Shown here: in pieces, positions 1-9,135 of the stretch | Layout: the number at the start of each line of letters is the position of its first letter | How positions within the stretch are numbered: position 1 is the first letter of the stretch | From: an uncultured Marinilabiliaceae bacterium | GTDB lineage: Bacteria; Bacteroidota; Bacteroidia; Bacteroidales; Marinilabiliaceae | Length of the DNA: 64,000 bases | Assembly (NCBI GenBank): GCA_964521525.1 | Contig: CAZFTD010000001.1 | Coordinates: forward strand, 11,630 to 75,629 | Direction of reading: 5' to 3' | Position numbers and translations under genes: made by a program | Notes under the pieces: generated by a model | Database searches by the model: none | The model's input: the letters and a program-made list of their open reading frames with translations, nothing else | What the model was told of the DNA's origin: nothing

Positions 1-1
1 T

Positions 2-238
2 TATGTTTCGTCGGCCATAAACATGCGTAACAGTGGAGCCCTGATTCTCGACAAAGCCAAGCAAAAAAACAGTTTGATTATTGCAGAATCGGAAGGAGCA
101 ACCCAACATGGGGCAGCCATAAATTTTGTTGTCCGCGATGATGTTCTCAAATTTGAACTTCATAAAGCCAACGCCGCCAGAATGGGATTGCAGTTCAGTT
201 CCCGACTGGAAGGAATGGCTGCTGCAATTAATCTTTAA
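2..238 (+). CDS. C-terminal fragment of a YfiR/DUF4154-like periplasmic protein (5' end lies outside the window)
   Basis: The frame is open from the window edge. The tail GAAINFVVRDDVLKFELHKANAARMGLQFSSRLEGMA matches my memory of the conserved C-terminus of YfiR/DUF4154 proteins (..INF....v.FeiN...a...gl.isS.LL). Confidence 0.55.
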   Translation, partial: YVSSAINMRNSGALILDKAKQKNSLIIAESEGATQHGAAINFVVRDDVLKFELHKANAARMGLQFSSRLEGMAAAINL

Positions 239-267
239 ATAAATTAAACTGTTAGATTATAGTTATA

Positions 268-298
268 TAAGAAACCTGTCGTTTAAACAGGTTTCTTA
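268..298 (+). terminator. Stem-loop terminator candidate after the YfiR-like gene
   Basis: Perfect inverted repeat AAGAAACCTGT (269-279) / ACAGGTTTCTT (287-297) with a 7-nt loop, 31 nt after the stop codon. No strong T-tract follows. Confidence 0.5.
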
Positions 299-654
299 AA
301 TATTGAAATCCAGATAACAGTTTAATTTTAAATTTTTGATTAGTTTGCTGTATTGTAACAACACCTCATTTGTATAGAAGGTTCTAAATCCCTTTTTTAA
401 AGCTTTTTGTTCTGCTAAAATTTAATACATTTGAAAATCTTTGTTTTTAGTTGGTACAATACTTAAATATTTGCTAATTTGAGAAATATAAGCTGGATTG
501 AATTGATTATAGATGATTATTTTAGGCCATTATCTCAATTTGTTTTGGTTATAATATTATTTTGTTTATTTCCAGATAAAAATATGGCATAAGAGGCCTT
601 GATTCATTATATTGCAGGTTACTTAACAAAAAAGAGAAGCAACAGACAGAAAAA

Positions 655-958
655 AGGCCATGGTAGTGCGATTAATAATTATAAACGCCTTAACCTTTAT
701 GGCCATAACAAAAAAACTCTAAGCATATGAAACGAGCATGTGTTATCAGACATAAAAACAATACATCAACATGCGAGTTCCGTCATACCTTTTAAATTAA
801 TTTTATTATGATGAAACGAGCCATGAGGCACTTTTTCTCACCCAAGAGAATCGAAGATCGGCGCAGCCAAGGACTAACTGGCGAGTTCTCCCGATAAATC
901 GGGACAACCTGTTCCGCAGTGCGGAAAGCTATGTGACAATTAAAAATAAAACTTTAGA
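655..958 (+). repeat. Tandem array of the ATGAAACGAG/CGAGTTC structured intergenic repeat (locus A: 3' fragments, a short unit at 727-~805, a long unit at 808-958)
   Basis: Box ATGAAACGAG at 727-736 and 811-820. CGAGTTC at 774-780 and 882-888. Hairpins at 885-908 and 912-926. Clear nucleotide similarity to 41291-41400, 46435-46745 and the reverse complement of 52835-52951. Confidence 0.75.
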
Positions 959-961
959 CAC

Positions 962-2671
962 ATGAAAATAAAACTAAACATTGCTCAAAAACTGATTTAT
1001 GGCTTTGGCCTTATTCTGATTGTGGTATTCCTTAACAGTTTGTTGACACTGTTTACTGTTAACAGAAGTACAAGCCTTAACAACAGGGTAACTGGCATTT
1101 ATACTCCTACCGTTCAATCTCTGGGCGATTTGGGCATGCTTATTACCCAAAGCAAAATGCTTATCCGTAACTGGGTTTTTATCGACAAACAGCCAGGAAC
1201 ACCAGATAAGCTCAGGCTTGTGGAGCTCCATAACACAGATTTCTCTGCCATTAAAAACAGGTTGAACGAATTAACAAAACAGTGGAACAATGAAACCGAC
1301 CAGGAAGCACTTGGTTTAATCTTTCATAAAATTGACTCACTTTTTACCATGCATAAGTACATCATGAATAACCTCAACTCCTTTGATGCTTACGAAGATG
1401 CCTTTATCATGTTTGAAGTGGAAGATATGGTAATGGAAGGTGGAACCATCATAACTCTTACTGATGAAATTTCTGCCAATATTCTTGACCTTTCAACCAA
1501 ATATAACGAAGGCAACAATGTTGCTCTATCAAATATGAGGGGGGCCTTTTCAAGATTAACATGGGTAGTAATAATCATGGGTCTTATCTTGTTCGCCGCC
1601 TCTTTTGCCATCGCCTGGTTGCTTTATTCTTCTATTGTACATCCACTTATTAAGGGTGTTGATTTTGCCAAAGCCATTGGAGCAGGCAATCTGAATGCTA
1701 AAGTTGAAGTGAATCAGGATGATGAAATTGGGGTTTTAGCCAAAGAGTTGAGCAATATGGCTGAAAACTTGAAAAACACCGTGGTAACCATTAAAGATAA
1801 TGCCTTAAACCTTGTTAATTCAAGCGAGTTACTAAAAACCAGTTCTCTTCAGTTATCACGCGGATCGGCCGACCAGGCTGCTTCGGCTGAGGAAGTTTCT
1901 ACTTCTATAGAAGAAATGGTTGCCAATATTGATCAAAATACCGACAACGCTATTCAAACCGAGAAAATTACAGTCGAAACTGCTAAGGATGTTAACGTTG
2001 CAAACCAATTAAGTTCCGAAGCAGCCAAAGCTATGACCGCCATCTCTGAGAAAATATCCATGATTAGCGATATTGCTTTTCAAACCAATATTCTTGCGCT
2101 TAACGCTGCCGTTGAAGCAGCCAGAGCCGGAGAACATGGCCGTGGTTTCTCTGTTGTAGCCGCCGAAGTTCGCAAATTGGCCGAACGAAGCAAAACTGCT
2201 GCTGATGAAATTGTTACACTTGTTAACAAAGGGTTAAAAGTTTCTCAGGAAGCCGGCAACAAAACAAAACTGCTTGTTCCCGATATTGAGAAAACAACTG
2301 TACTGATTAAAGAAATTGCCGCTGCCAGTATGGAACAAAAAACCGGTGCCGACCAGATTAATCTGGCCATGCAGCAATTAAATATGATTACACAGGAAAA
2401 TGCCTCCTCGTCTGACCAGTTAACCCAAAGCTCCGACTTGTTATTGCGATTGGCGCAAAACCTACAGGAAGCTGTTAGCTATTTTACAATAGGTAACGAA
2501 GAAGCTGAAGGCAAAAAACGTTCAGCTGATTCAACCAAAACAGAAACTAAAACGCCGGAGCCTGATAAGCAAAAGACAACTAAAAAAACCACCTCGGCTA
2601 AACAACGCACGGTTCAGGACCTTTCAAATCTTGAAAAAGAATTTGACATGGATAATTATGAAAAGTTTTAA
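962..2671 (+). CDS. Methyl-accepting chemotaxis protein (2 TM segments, periplasmic sensor, HAMP, MCP signalling domain)
   Basis: Signalling hairpin motif [38 protein letters not shown]. Candidate methylation motifs [10 protein letters not shown] and [13 protein letters not shown] segments near residues 10-32 and 200-222. Confidence 0.95.
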   Translation: MKIKLNIAQKLIYGFGLILIVVFLNSLLTLFTVNRSTSLNNRVTGIYTPTVQSLGDLGMLITQSKMLIRNWVFIDKQPGTPDKLRLVELHNTDFSAIKNRLNELTKQWNNETDQEALGLIFHKIDSLFTMHKYIMNNLNSFDAYEDAFIMFEVEDMVMEGGTIITLTDEISANILDLSTKYNEGNNVALSNMRGAFSRLTWVVIIMGLILFAASFAIAWLLYSSIVHPLIKGVDFAKAIGAGNLNAKVEVNQDDEIGVLAKELSNMAENLKNTVVTIKDNALNLVNSSELLKTSSLQLSRGSADQAASAEEVSTSIEEMVANIDQNTDNAIQTEKITVETAKDVNVANQLSSEAAKAMTAISEKISMISDIAFQTNILALNAAVEAARAGEHGRGFSVVAAEVRKLAERSKTAADEIVTLVNKGLKVSQEAGNKTKLLVPDIEKTTVLIKEIAAASMEQKTGADQINLAMQQLNMITQENASSSDQLTQSSDLLLRLAQNLQEAVSYFTIGNEEAEGKKRSADSTKTETKTPEPDKQKTTKKTTSAKQRTVQDLSNLEKEFDMDNYEKF

Positions 2672-2692
2672 CGCTTTTTCGTAACCTTTTTA

Positions 2693-3022
2693 ATGCTAAA
2701 ATGTATGACTGAAAACTTTAATATCAATTTTAAAGAAAATAAAGATCAATTAGAAATGGTTTTTAGCGGTCAGTTAACAATTAATTCAATTGCTAAGATA
2801 ACCGAAAGCGTTAAATCTCATTTGAAAAACCCAACCGTGGTTAACATTCAGGTTAAAGACGCAGATAACATTGATCTGACTTTTATTCAATTGTTGCAGG
2901 CAATCAAAAACAGCGGAAAGAAAAAAGGCTTCGACGTCAATGTCTCCTTTTCTGTATCGGACGACATTAAAACCCTGCTTAAAAATGCCGGATTTACAAA
3001 CTATTTAAACGATAAAAACTAA
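2693..3022 (+). CDS. STAS-domain (anti-sigma-antagonist-like) protein
   Basis: About 105 aa with a SpoIIAA-like pattern (...VKDADNIDLTFIQLLQAI...). The start could instead be the ATG at 2705. Confidence 0.6.
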   Translation: MLKCMTENFNINFKENKDQLEMVFSGQLTINSIAKITESVKSHLKNPTVVNIQVKDADNIDLTFIQLLQAIKNSGKKKGFDVNVSFSVSDDIKTLLKNAGFTNYLNDKN

Positions 3023-3036
3023 AACTCTATATTACT

Positions 3037-3402
3037 ATGGCTAAAACCGTTTTAATTGTTGATGACTCCGAAAGTATCCGTGAAGTCGTAAATTTTACTC
3101 TGCAAAACGAAGGGTATGACGTTCTGGTGGGCATAGATGGAGAAGATGCACTCAAATTTTTGGATGGTCGTCACATCGACATTATTATTACCGACTTGCA
3201 CATGCCTAACTTAGATGGGCTGGGTCTCATCAGAAAGGTTCGGGAGATGGATAACTACAAACATATACCCATTCTTTTTCTGACCACTGAATCGCAGGCA
3301 GCGAAAAAAATGGAAGCCAAAGAAGCCGGCGCCACCGGTTGGATTATAAAACCATTTGTACCTGCTAAACTTTTATCAGCTATTTCAAGGGTTATTAGAT
3401 AA
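3037..3402 (+). CDS. cheY: CheY-like single-domain response regulator
   Basis: Receiver motifs: VLIVDDSE, IIITDLHMPNLDG, FLTTES, IIKPF. Confidence 0.9.
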   Translation: MAKTVLIVDDSESIREVVNFTLQNEGYDVLVGIDGEDALKFLDGRHIDIIITDLHMPNLDGLGLIRKVREMDNYKHIPILFLTTESQAAKKMEAKEAGATGWIIKPFVPAKLLSAISRVIR

Positions 3403-3411
3403 TTTAAAGCT

Positions 3412-3750
3412 ATGCTTGAAAATATTAAAAAGCAATTCTACAACAATACCATTAAAGAATTGCTCTTTATAAATGCTAAATTATCTGAAGAATCAATACA
3501 TCCCAACGAAAGTATTTCGCTGGTAAACAGCGTTTTTTCAATTACCCATCAAATTAGCGGTACCGGGCCGATGCTTGGTTTTATGAACACATCAAAGATT
3601 TCAAAGAAAGTTGAAAAAACCTTTTATGAAATAAGAGCAGGCGAAAAAGAACTTACTGCACCCATTATTATGCAAACCAGGCGCGCCCTGGAATCCATAA
3701 TTGACTCCATGAATCAGGAGTTTAACAGCAGTTTGGTTATTTCAGAGTAA
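3412..3750 (+). CDS. Stand-alone Hpt-like phosphotransfer protein
   Basis: THQISGTGPMLGF fits the Hpt motif H-x-(L/I)-(K/S)-G-x-(G/A)-x-x-x-G. The predicted fold is small and helical. It sits directly upstream of cheA. Confidence 0.55.
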   Translation: MLENIKKQFYNNTIKELLFINAKLSEESIHPNESISLVNSVFSITHQISGTGPMLGFMNTSKISKKVEKTFYEIRAGEKELTAPIIMQTRRALESIIDSMNQEFNSSLVISE

Positions 3751-3793
3751 GTGTTTCTGGTTGTATTAATAATGCTATAAAGCTTCACATCTC

Positions 3794-5845
3794 ATGATAG
3801 ATAAGTTTAGAGCGAAGTTTGTTGAAGAGTCCACGGATAATATTCACGATCTGGAAGAAGCGCTGCTCCTTCTGGAAAAGGACATGAGAAATAAAGAACT
3901 TATTGAACGCATTTTCAGGGCCATGCACTCCCTGAAAGGCGGCGGAGCTATGTTTGGCTTTAACCATTTGAGTGAATTTACCCACCATCTCGAAACCATT
4001 TTCGATTATGTTCGTGGCGGAAAACTTCAGGTGAGCACGGAACTTATTTCACTTACATTCTCAGCTATTGACCAAATAAACTTCCTCCTTAAAACCGGAG
4101 ACCTTACCCGTGAAGAAGATTTAGCCGAGCAAAAAGCGTTTATAAAAAAACTGCAATCATTTTTATCAGGATTCGAATCATCCTCTCAAACGTTAGAAAA
4201 AAAGGAATCCCTTTCAGATGTTTCTTCTGCTCCTGAAACCAATGAGAAAACATATCTAATAAGTTTTCTACCACATGAAGATTTGTTGAAAAACGGTACC
4301 AACCCGTTTTATCTGCTGGACGACCTTCATGCTATGGGCAATGCCATTACTCTGGCGTTTGCTCATAAAACACCCTCGCTTGATTTGTTCGAAGTCTCTA
4401 CCAATTATTGTTTTTGGCAGGTAATTTTAAGCTCTGCTGAATCAATTAACGAAATCAGAGATGTTTTTATTTTTGTTGAAGATGAGTGCGAACTTCATAT
4501 TGACCTGATTTCTGAAACTTCAATTGTTAACCGACCCGAAGTAAAAGCCCTGATAGAAAAAGCTTTGCAAACAAACACCCAGCTATCTGTCGACGATTTT
4601 AAACAAAGCGAATGGACCCGAACCGAGGAACAAAAAGATACCGACGATAAAAAGAAAGCATTTTTAAAAGAACACAAAATAGCCAGTATCAGGGTTGCTT
4701 CGCATAAAATTGACGAGTTGGTAACTCTGGTAAGCGAAATGGTTACCATTCAGGCACAATTGTCGTTATATGCCGAAAATAGTGGAGACCCCACTATAAT
4801 GGCGCTTACCGAGAATATCCAGAAGCTTACCCGTCAGTTGCGCGATAACGCTTTCGATGTAAGCCTGATTCCTTTACAAAGCGAATTAATGCGATTTCAA
4901 AGGTTGGTACGCGACCTGTCGAAAGAACAGAAAAAGGATATTGATTTTATAATTGAAGGTGGCGATTTGGAATTGGACAAAAACATTGTAGAGCATTTAA
5001 CCGATCCCCTGCTTCATATTTTGCGAAATTCAATCGACCATGGAATTGAACTGCCACAAGAACGAATTGCAGCCGGCAAATCGCCCAAGGGAACTATAAT
5101 TTTTAAAGCCTACCACTCCGGAGCAAACGTAATTATTGAAATTACCGACGACGGAAAAGGGATTGACCCTGAATTTATTAAACAAAAAGCCGTTAGTAAA
5201 GGAATTATTGAACAGGGAGCAACCCTTGATAAAAAGGAAATTTTTGACCTGCTTTTCATCAGTGGATTCTCAACCCGCGAATCTGTCTCTGATTTGTCTG
5301 GCCGAGGCGTTGGTATGGATGTGGTCAGAAGAAAAATCGCAAACATAAGAGGAGAAGTTTCGTTGGAATCAGAAACCGGCAAAGGAACCATAATTACAAT
5401 TCGTCTGCCACTAACGCTTTCTATTATCGATGGATTATTGGTTAAAGTTGCCAACAATCAATATGTAATTCCTATTTCGGCCATAGAGCAAATTTTCGCT
5501 TTTGACCAATCACAAATGAAAAATACATTCAACAATGTGGTTGTTATCAACAACGAACAAATACCATATATTATACTGCGCAACCTTTTTAACGAACCAA
5601 AACACGATGACGATAAATTCCAGATGGTTTTGATTCGTAGCGAGGAGAAAAAACTAGGAATTATTGTAGATGCTGTAATTGGTGAATACCAAACAGTTGT
5701 AAAACCTTTGGGCCGGTACCTGAAAAAACAGGAAATTATTTCGGGAGCTTCCATTATGGGCGATGGAGCAATTTCCTTAGTAATTGATACCTCACGATTA
5801 TTCCAATCAAGGAGAAGCAGAAAAGCAGCTCACGTTGAAAACTAA
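3794..5845 (+). CDS. cheA: Chemotaxis histidine kinase CheA
   Basis: P1 Hpt motif RAMHSLKGGGAMFGF. HATPase motifs HILRNSIDHGIE, DDGKGID and GRGVGMDVV. C-terminal CheW-like domain. Confidence 0.95.
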   Translation: MIDKFRAKFVEESTDNIHDLEEALLLLEKDMRNKELIERIFRAMHSLKGGGAMFGFNHLSEFTHHLETIFDYVRGGKLQVSTELISLTFSAIDQINFLLKTGDLTREEDLAEQKAFIKKLQSFLSGFESSSQTLEKKESLSDVSSAPETNEKTYLISFLPHEDLLKNGTNPFYLLDDLHAMGNAITLAFAHKTPSLDLFEVSTNYCFWQVILSSAESINEIRDVFIFVEDECELHIDLISETSIVNRPEVKALIEKALQTNTQLSVDDFKQSEWTRTEEQKDTDDKKKAFLKEHKIASIRVASHKIDELVTLVSEMVTIQAQLSLYAENSGDPTIMALTENIQKLTRQLRDNAFDVSLIPLQSELMRFQRLVRDLSKEQKKDIDFIIEGGDLELDKNIVEHLTDPLLHILRNSIDHGIELPQERIAAGKSPKGTIIFKAYHSGANVIIEITDDGKGIDPEFIKQKAVSKGIIEQGATLDKKEIFDLLFISGFSTRESVSDLSGRGVGMDVVRRKIANIRGEVSLESETGKGTIITIRLPLTLSIIDGLLVKVANNQYVIPISAIEQIFAFDQSQMKNTFNNVVVINNEQIPYIILRNLFNEPKHDDDKFQMVLIRSEEKKLGIIVDAVIGEYQTVVKPLGRYLKKQEIISGASIMGDGAISLVIDTSRLFQSRRSRKAAHVEN

Positions 5846-5870
5846 AAGCGCCACCTGAATAAAAGACATT

Positions 5871-6323
5871 ATGGAAAAAGCCAATAAAACCATATTATCA
5901 TTTCAAATCAACCAGAACGAATTTGCCGTTGATGCGCTTCAGGTTGTTCATATTCTCGAAGTTCCACCGCTCATTACCAGAGTACCCAATACATCTGCTT
6001 TTATGAAGGGCGTTATCAACCTGCATGGAAACATTATTCCCGTGGTTGATATGAGATTAATTATGGAAGAAGAGATTGGGATTACAAATGCCGATAATGC
6101 CATAATCGTTATTAGCCCTGCTGACACACAGGACGCGCGCTTTGGCATAATGGTGGATATGGTAAAAGAAGTTTTAGAGATAGATACTGCCAACCTTAAA
6201 GAAACCATTCTGGAAGGGAAAAAAGGATTGATTGAATCATATGAGGGCACCTTATTGTATAATAATACCTTCATTCATATAATTGATATTAATCATTTGG
6301 CCGAAATAGTTGAAAACCAATAG
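5871..6323 (+). CDS. cheW: CheW coupling protein
   Basis: 150 aa with the CheW pattern FAVDALQVVHILEVPPLITRVPNTSAFMKGVINLHGNIIPVVDM. Confidence 0.9.
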   Translation: MEKANKTILSFQINQNEFAVDALQVVHILEVPPLITRVPNTSAFMKGVINLHGNIIPVVDMRLIMEEEIGITNADNAIIVISPADTQDARFGIMVDMVKEVLEIDTANLKETILEGKKGLIESYEGTLLYNNTFIHIIDINHLAEIVENQ

Positions 6324-6337
6324 GATAACCAAAAAAT

Positions 6338-6826
6338 ATGGCTTCTGTACTGAATTCATACCTCACGTTCAAAATCGGAGAAGAAGTTTTTGGCGTAAAC
6401 GTGGCAAAAGTAATGGAGATTCGAGAGTATCAGGCTCCAAAACCACTTCCACAAACCATGCCTTTTGTTTCCGGTGTAATTGAATACCGTGACGAGATTA
6501 TTCCATTAATTGATACTGGCATTAAGTTTGGCATGTCTCCCATCACTATACAATCTGGCACCTGCATCGTTATCCTGCAATTAATCAGCGATACGCTTGG
6601 AAAAACCTATAGAGTTGGTATTTTGGTTGATGCCGTTGCCGATGTATTGGAGTGTGACGATACAAACATGAAAAACATCAACGACGATTATAAGCCCCAT
6701 TATATCTATTCTACCTGCCAAACCGACAGCCATTTGGTTTTTATTCTGAATGCTGATGTGGTTTTCAGTCAGAAAGAAATTATTGGGATGCTTGATATGG
6801 TCAATAAATTAAAAAAACAGGCCTGA
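6338..6826 (+). CDS. cheW: CheW coupling protein (second paralogue)
   Basis: FGVNVAKVMEIREYQAPKPLPQTMPFVSGVIEYRDEIIPLID. Confidence 0.85.
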   Translation: MASVLNSYLTFKIGEEVFGVNVAKVMEIREYQAPKPLPQTMPFVSGVIEYRDEIIPLIDTGIKFGMSPITIQSGTCIVILQLISDTLGKTYRVGILVDAVADVLECDDTNMKNINDDYKPHYIYSTCQTDSHLVFILNADVVFSQKEIIGMLDMVNKLKKQA

Positions 6827-6829
6827 TAA

Positions 6830-7699
6830 ATGGAGAAAACCATAAATACATCGGGAAGCTTCGATTGCTTTAAAGCGGAACTTTCGGAAAGTGATTTCCA
6901 GGTTTTCAGCCGGTTTATATATTCAGAATACGGTATTAAAATGCCGCCCATTAAGCGAATTATGCTTCAAGGGCGGCTGTTGAAAAGAATCAGAGAGCTC
7001 AACATGAGTTCTTATTCTGAATACAAAGAATACTTTTTCAGTAAAGAAGGTCAGGATAAAGAATTACTACAGTTTTTAAACGTAGTAACAACCAATAAAA
7101 CAGATTTTTTCAGGGAACCGGTTCATTTTAATTTTTTAAATGATACCGTGCTTCCTGCTTTCAGAAGTCAAAACACAAGCGGCCAACCGTTTAAGGTTTG
7201 GAGTGCCGGTTGCTCAAGCGGCGAAGAACCATATACCATATCTGTTGTTCTTAACGAATTTGAACGGCTCAATCCTAACTTTAGGTTTGATATTCTTGGA
7301 TCTGACATCTCAACCCAAATGCTTGAAAAAGCGGCCAAAGGCATTTACCAGGCTAACAAGCTTGTTACAGTACCAATGGAACTGAAGAAACGATATTTTC
7401 TAAAAAGCAAAGATCCCCATAACCAAACAGTTAGGGTGCACCCGCTTTTGCAAAAAAATATTCGGTTAACCTATCTTAATTTGATGGATAACCTATACTC
7501 TATAAAAGAAACATTCGATGTGATTTTCTGTCGTAATGTGTTAATCTATTTCGACAGACAAACACAGGAAAGAGTAATTAACAAGCTTTGTTTGCAACTT
7601 AAACCGGGAGGTTATTTTTTTATCGGACATTCCGAGTCGCTGTCGGGCATGAATGTACCTCTTGAACACATCAAACCAACCATATTTAAAAAACTGTAA
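6830..7699 (+). CDS. cheR: CheR chemotaxis protein methyltransferase
   Basis: TTNKTDFFREPVHF, VWSAGCSSGEEPYT, GSDIS...AAKGIY, IFCRNVLIYFD. Confidence 0.92.
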   Translation: MEKTINTSGSFDCFKAELSESDFQVFSRFIYSEYGIKMPPIKRIMLQGRLLKRIRELNMSSYSEYKEYFFSKEGQDKELLQFLNVVTTNKTDFFREPVHFNFLNDTVLPAFRSQNTSGQPFKVWSAGCSSGEEPYTISVVLNEFERLNPNFRFDILGSDISTQMLEKAAKGIYQANKLVTVPMELKKRYFLKSKDPHNQTVRVHPLLQKNIRLTYLNLMDNLYSIKETFDVIFCRNVLIYFDRQTQERVINKLCLQLKPGGYFFIGHSESLSGMNVPLEHIKPTIFKKL

Positions 7700-7734
7700 G
7701 TATAACAATCAAGACGAAATAACACAGCAAAACT

Positions 7735-8634
7735 ATGACGAACATTTCTGACAAACAGCTTTTGAAAGAGTTAAAAACCAAACTCGAAGAGCGTAAGAAA
7801 TATGAGGAAGAGATTAGCCTGCTATCACAGGAGCTTCAAACCGTTACTCAACGTTTTAAAGAATCGGAAGCATTAAAAAGCCACTTTATCTCAAATATAT
7901 CCAATGAAATAGTAAACCCTTTTACGTCCATTCTTGGTTTATCCAAATCTATTCTTTCAGTTGAGAAAAACGACTGGAAAAAAGTGGTAAGCATGGTTGC
8001 ATTAATCCATAGCGAAGCCTTTAATCTCGACTTCCAGCTGAAAAACATTTTTGTGGCCGCAAAAATTGAAGCCGGCGAAGTGGTTCCAAACATTGCAAAG
8101 GTTAACGTTCGCAACATTGTTCAAACCATGATCGATTCATTCGGCCTTGTGGCACGCAAAATGGCCATCGACATCGAGTTTCAATTCAACATTGAATACG
8201 GATTTGGCAAAAACTTCTATTTTAAAACCGATAGCGAAAAATTAAAGCTTATACTGAGTAACCTCATGAATAATGCTTTAAAATACAGCTATAAGGATAG
8301 CAAAGTTATAATTACCGTTTGGGTAGATGAAGATATTCTAAATATTTCGGTACAAGACTTTGGCACAGGCATTTCTGAAAAAAATCAAAAAGTTATCTTC
8401 GAACGCTTCAAGCGACTGGATTCAGGCATTAACTCGATTAACCGTGGACACGGACTTGGGCTATCCATAACAAAAGCCTTACTGGATGTTATGGGCGGTA
8501 CCATTGAAATCGAAAGTAAAAAAGGAGAAGGGTCAACCTTCTATGTCAGAATTCCGGAAGCAAAAAATATTGTTGAAGGGTTCAGTGGTGAAGGAAATGA
8601 TATTTTCTTCGATGGAGATGATGAGATTTTTTAA
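7735..8634 (+). CDS. Soluble histidine-kinase paralogue (coiled coil, DHp-like and HATPase domains) with Asn in place of the phospho-acceptor His
   Basis: H-box region KSHFISNISNEIVNPFTSILG versus the canonical FLQNMSHEIRTPLNAVIG seen in the 55067-58780 kinase. N-box NLMNNALKYS, G1 DFGTGI and G2 GHGLGLSI are intact. Confidence 0.8.
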   Translation: MTNISDKQLLKELKTKLEERKKYEEEISLLSQELQTVTQRFKESEALKSHFISNISNEIVNPFTSILGLSKSILSVEKNDWKKVVSMVALIHSEAFNLDFQLKNIFVAAKIEAGEVVPNIAKVNVRNIVQTMIDSFGLVARKMAIDIEFQFNIEYGFGKNFYFKTDSEKLKLILSNLMNNALKYSYKDSKVIITVWVDEDILNISVQDFGTGISEKNQKVIFERFKRLDSGINSINRGHGLGLSITKALLDVMGGTIEIESKKGEGSTFYVRIPEAKNIVEGFSGEGNDIFFDGDDEIF

Positions 8635-8645
8635 GAAAGCATTAG

Positions 8646-9116
8646 ATGGACCAATATTTACAACATTTTTTGTATCCTTCTACGCTGTTTGCCAGTAAAG
8701 AACCTTACATGGTTAAAACCATTCTGGGCTCATGCGTGGCAATATGTCTGTACGATCCGGTACTGAAAGTTGGAGGCATCAATCATTATATGCTACCCAA
8801 CTGGAACGGTAACGATCTGGCATCGCCAAAGTACGGAAATATTGCCATTGAAAAGCTGATTGAACGGATGGTGTTTTATGGATGTAAAAAAGAAAACCTA
8901 CAGGCGAAAATATTCGGCGGGGGCGACCTCATTGCTGCCGACAGAAGCGCCATGATGATAGGAGAGCGCAATATTCGGGTAGCCAGGTTAATTCTGGAAG
9001 AAAAGAACATTCCCGTAGTTGCCTCAAGTACCGGAGGACGAAAAGGCCGTAAAATATTGTTTTTCACCGATACTGGCGAGGTTCGGCATAAGTTTCTGGA
9101 TAAAAAGGAGTATTAG
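8646..9116 (+). CDS. cheD: CheD chemoreceptor glutamine deamidase
   Basis: 156 aa. [13 protein letters not shown] (catalytic Cys region) and KIFGGG. Confidence 0.88.
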   Translation: MDQYLQHFLYPSTLFASKEPYMVKTILGSCVAICLYDPVLKVGGINHYMLPNWNGNDLASPKYGNIAIEKLIERMVFYGCKKENLQAKIFGGGDLIAADRSAMMIGERNIRVARLILEEKNIPVVASSTGGRKGRKILFFTDTGEVRHKFLDKKEY

Positions 9117-9135
9117 ATACCTGGCAAGTTCAGCT

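Noticed and set aside
655-958. Repeat units as a MITE or IS remnant.
   Set aside because: I see no terminal inverted repeats, target-site duplications or transposase fragments. The units are tandem and strictly co-oriented with downstream genes. I keep them as an unexplained repeat family rather than a mobile element, but a genome-wide survey could change this.
9019-9135. A 39-codon N-terminal extension of CheB from the ORF track (start at 9019).
   Set aside because: It would overlap cheD by about 100 nt and adds non-receiver sequence. The ATG at 9136 gives the canonical [13 protein letters not shown] receiver N-terminus.
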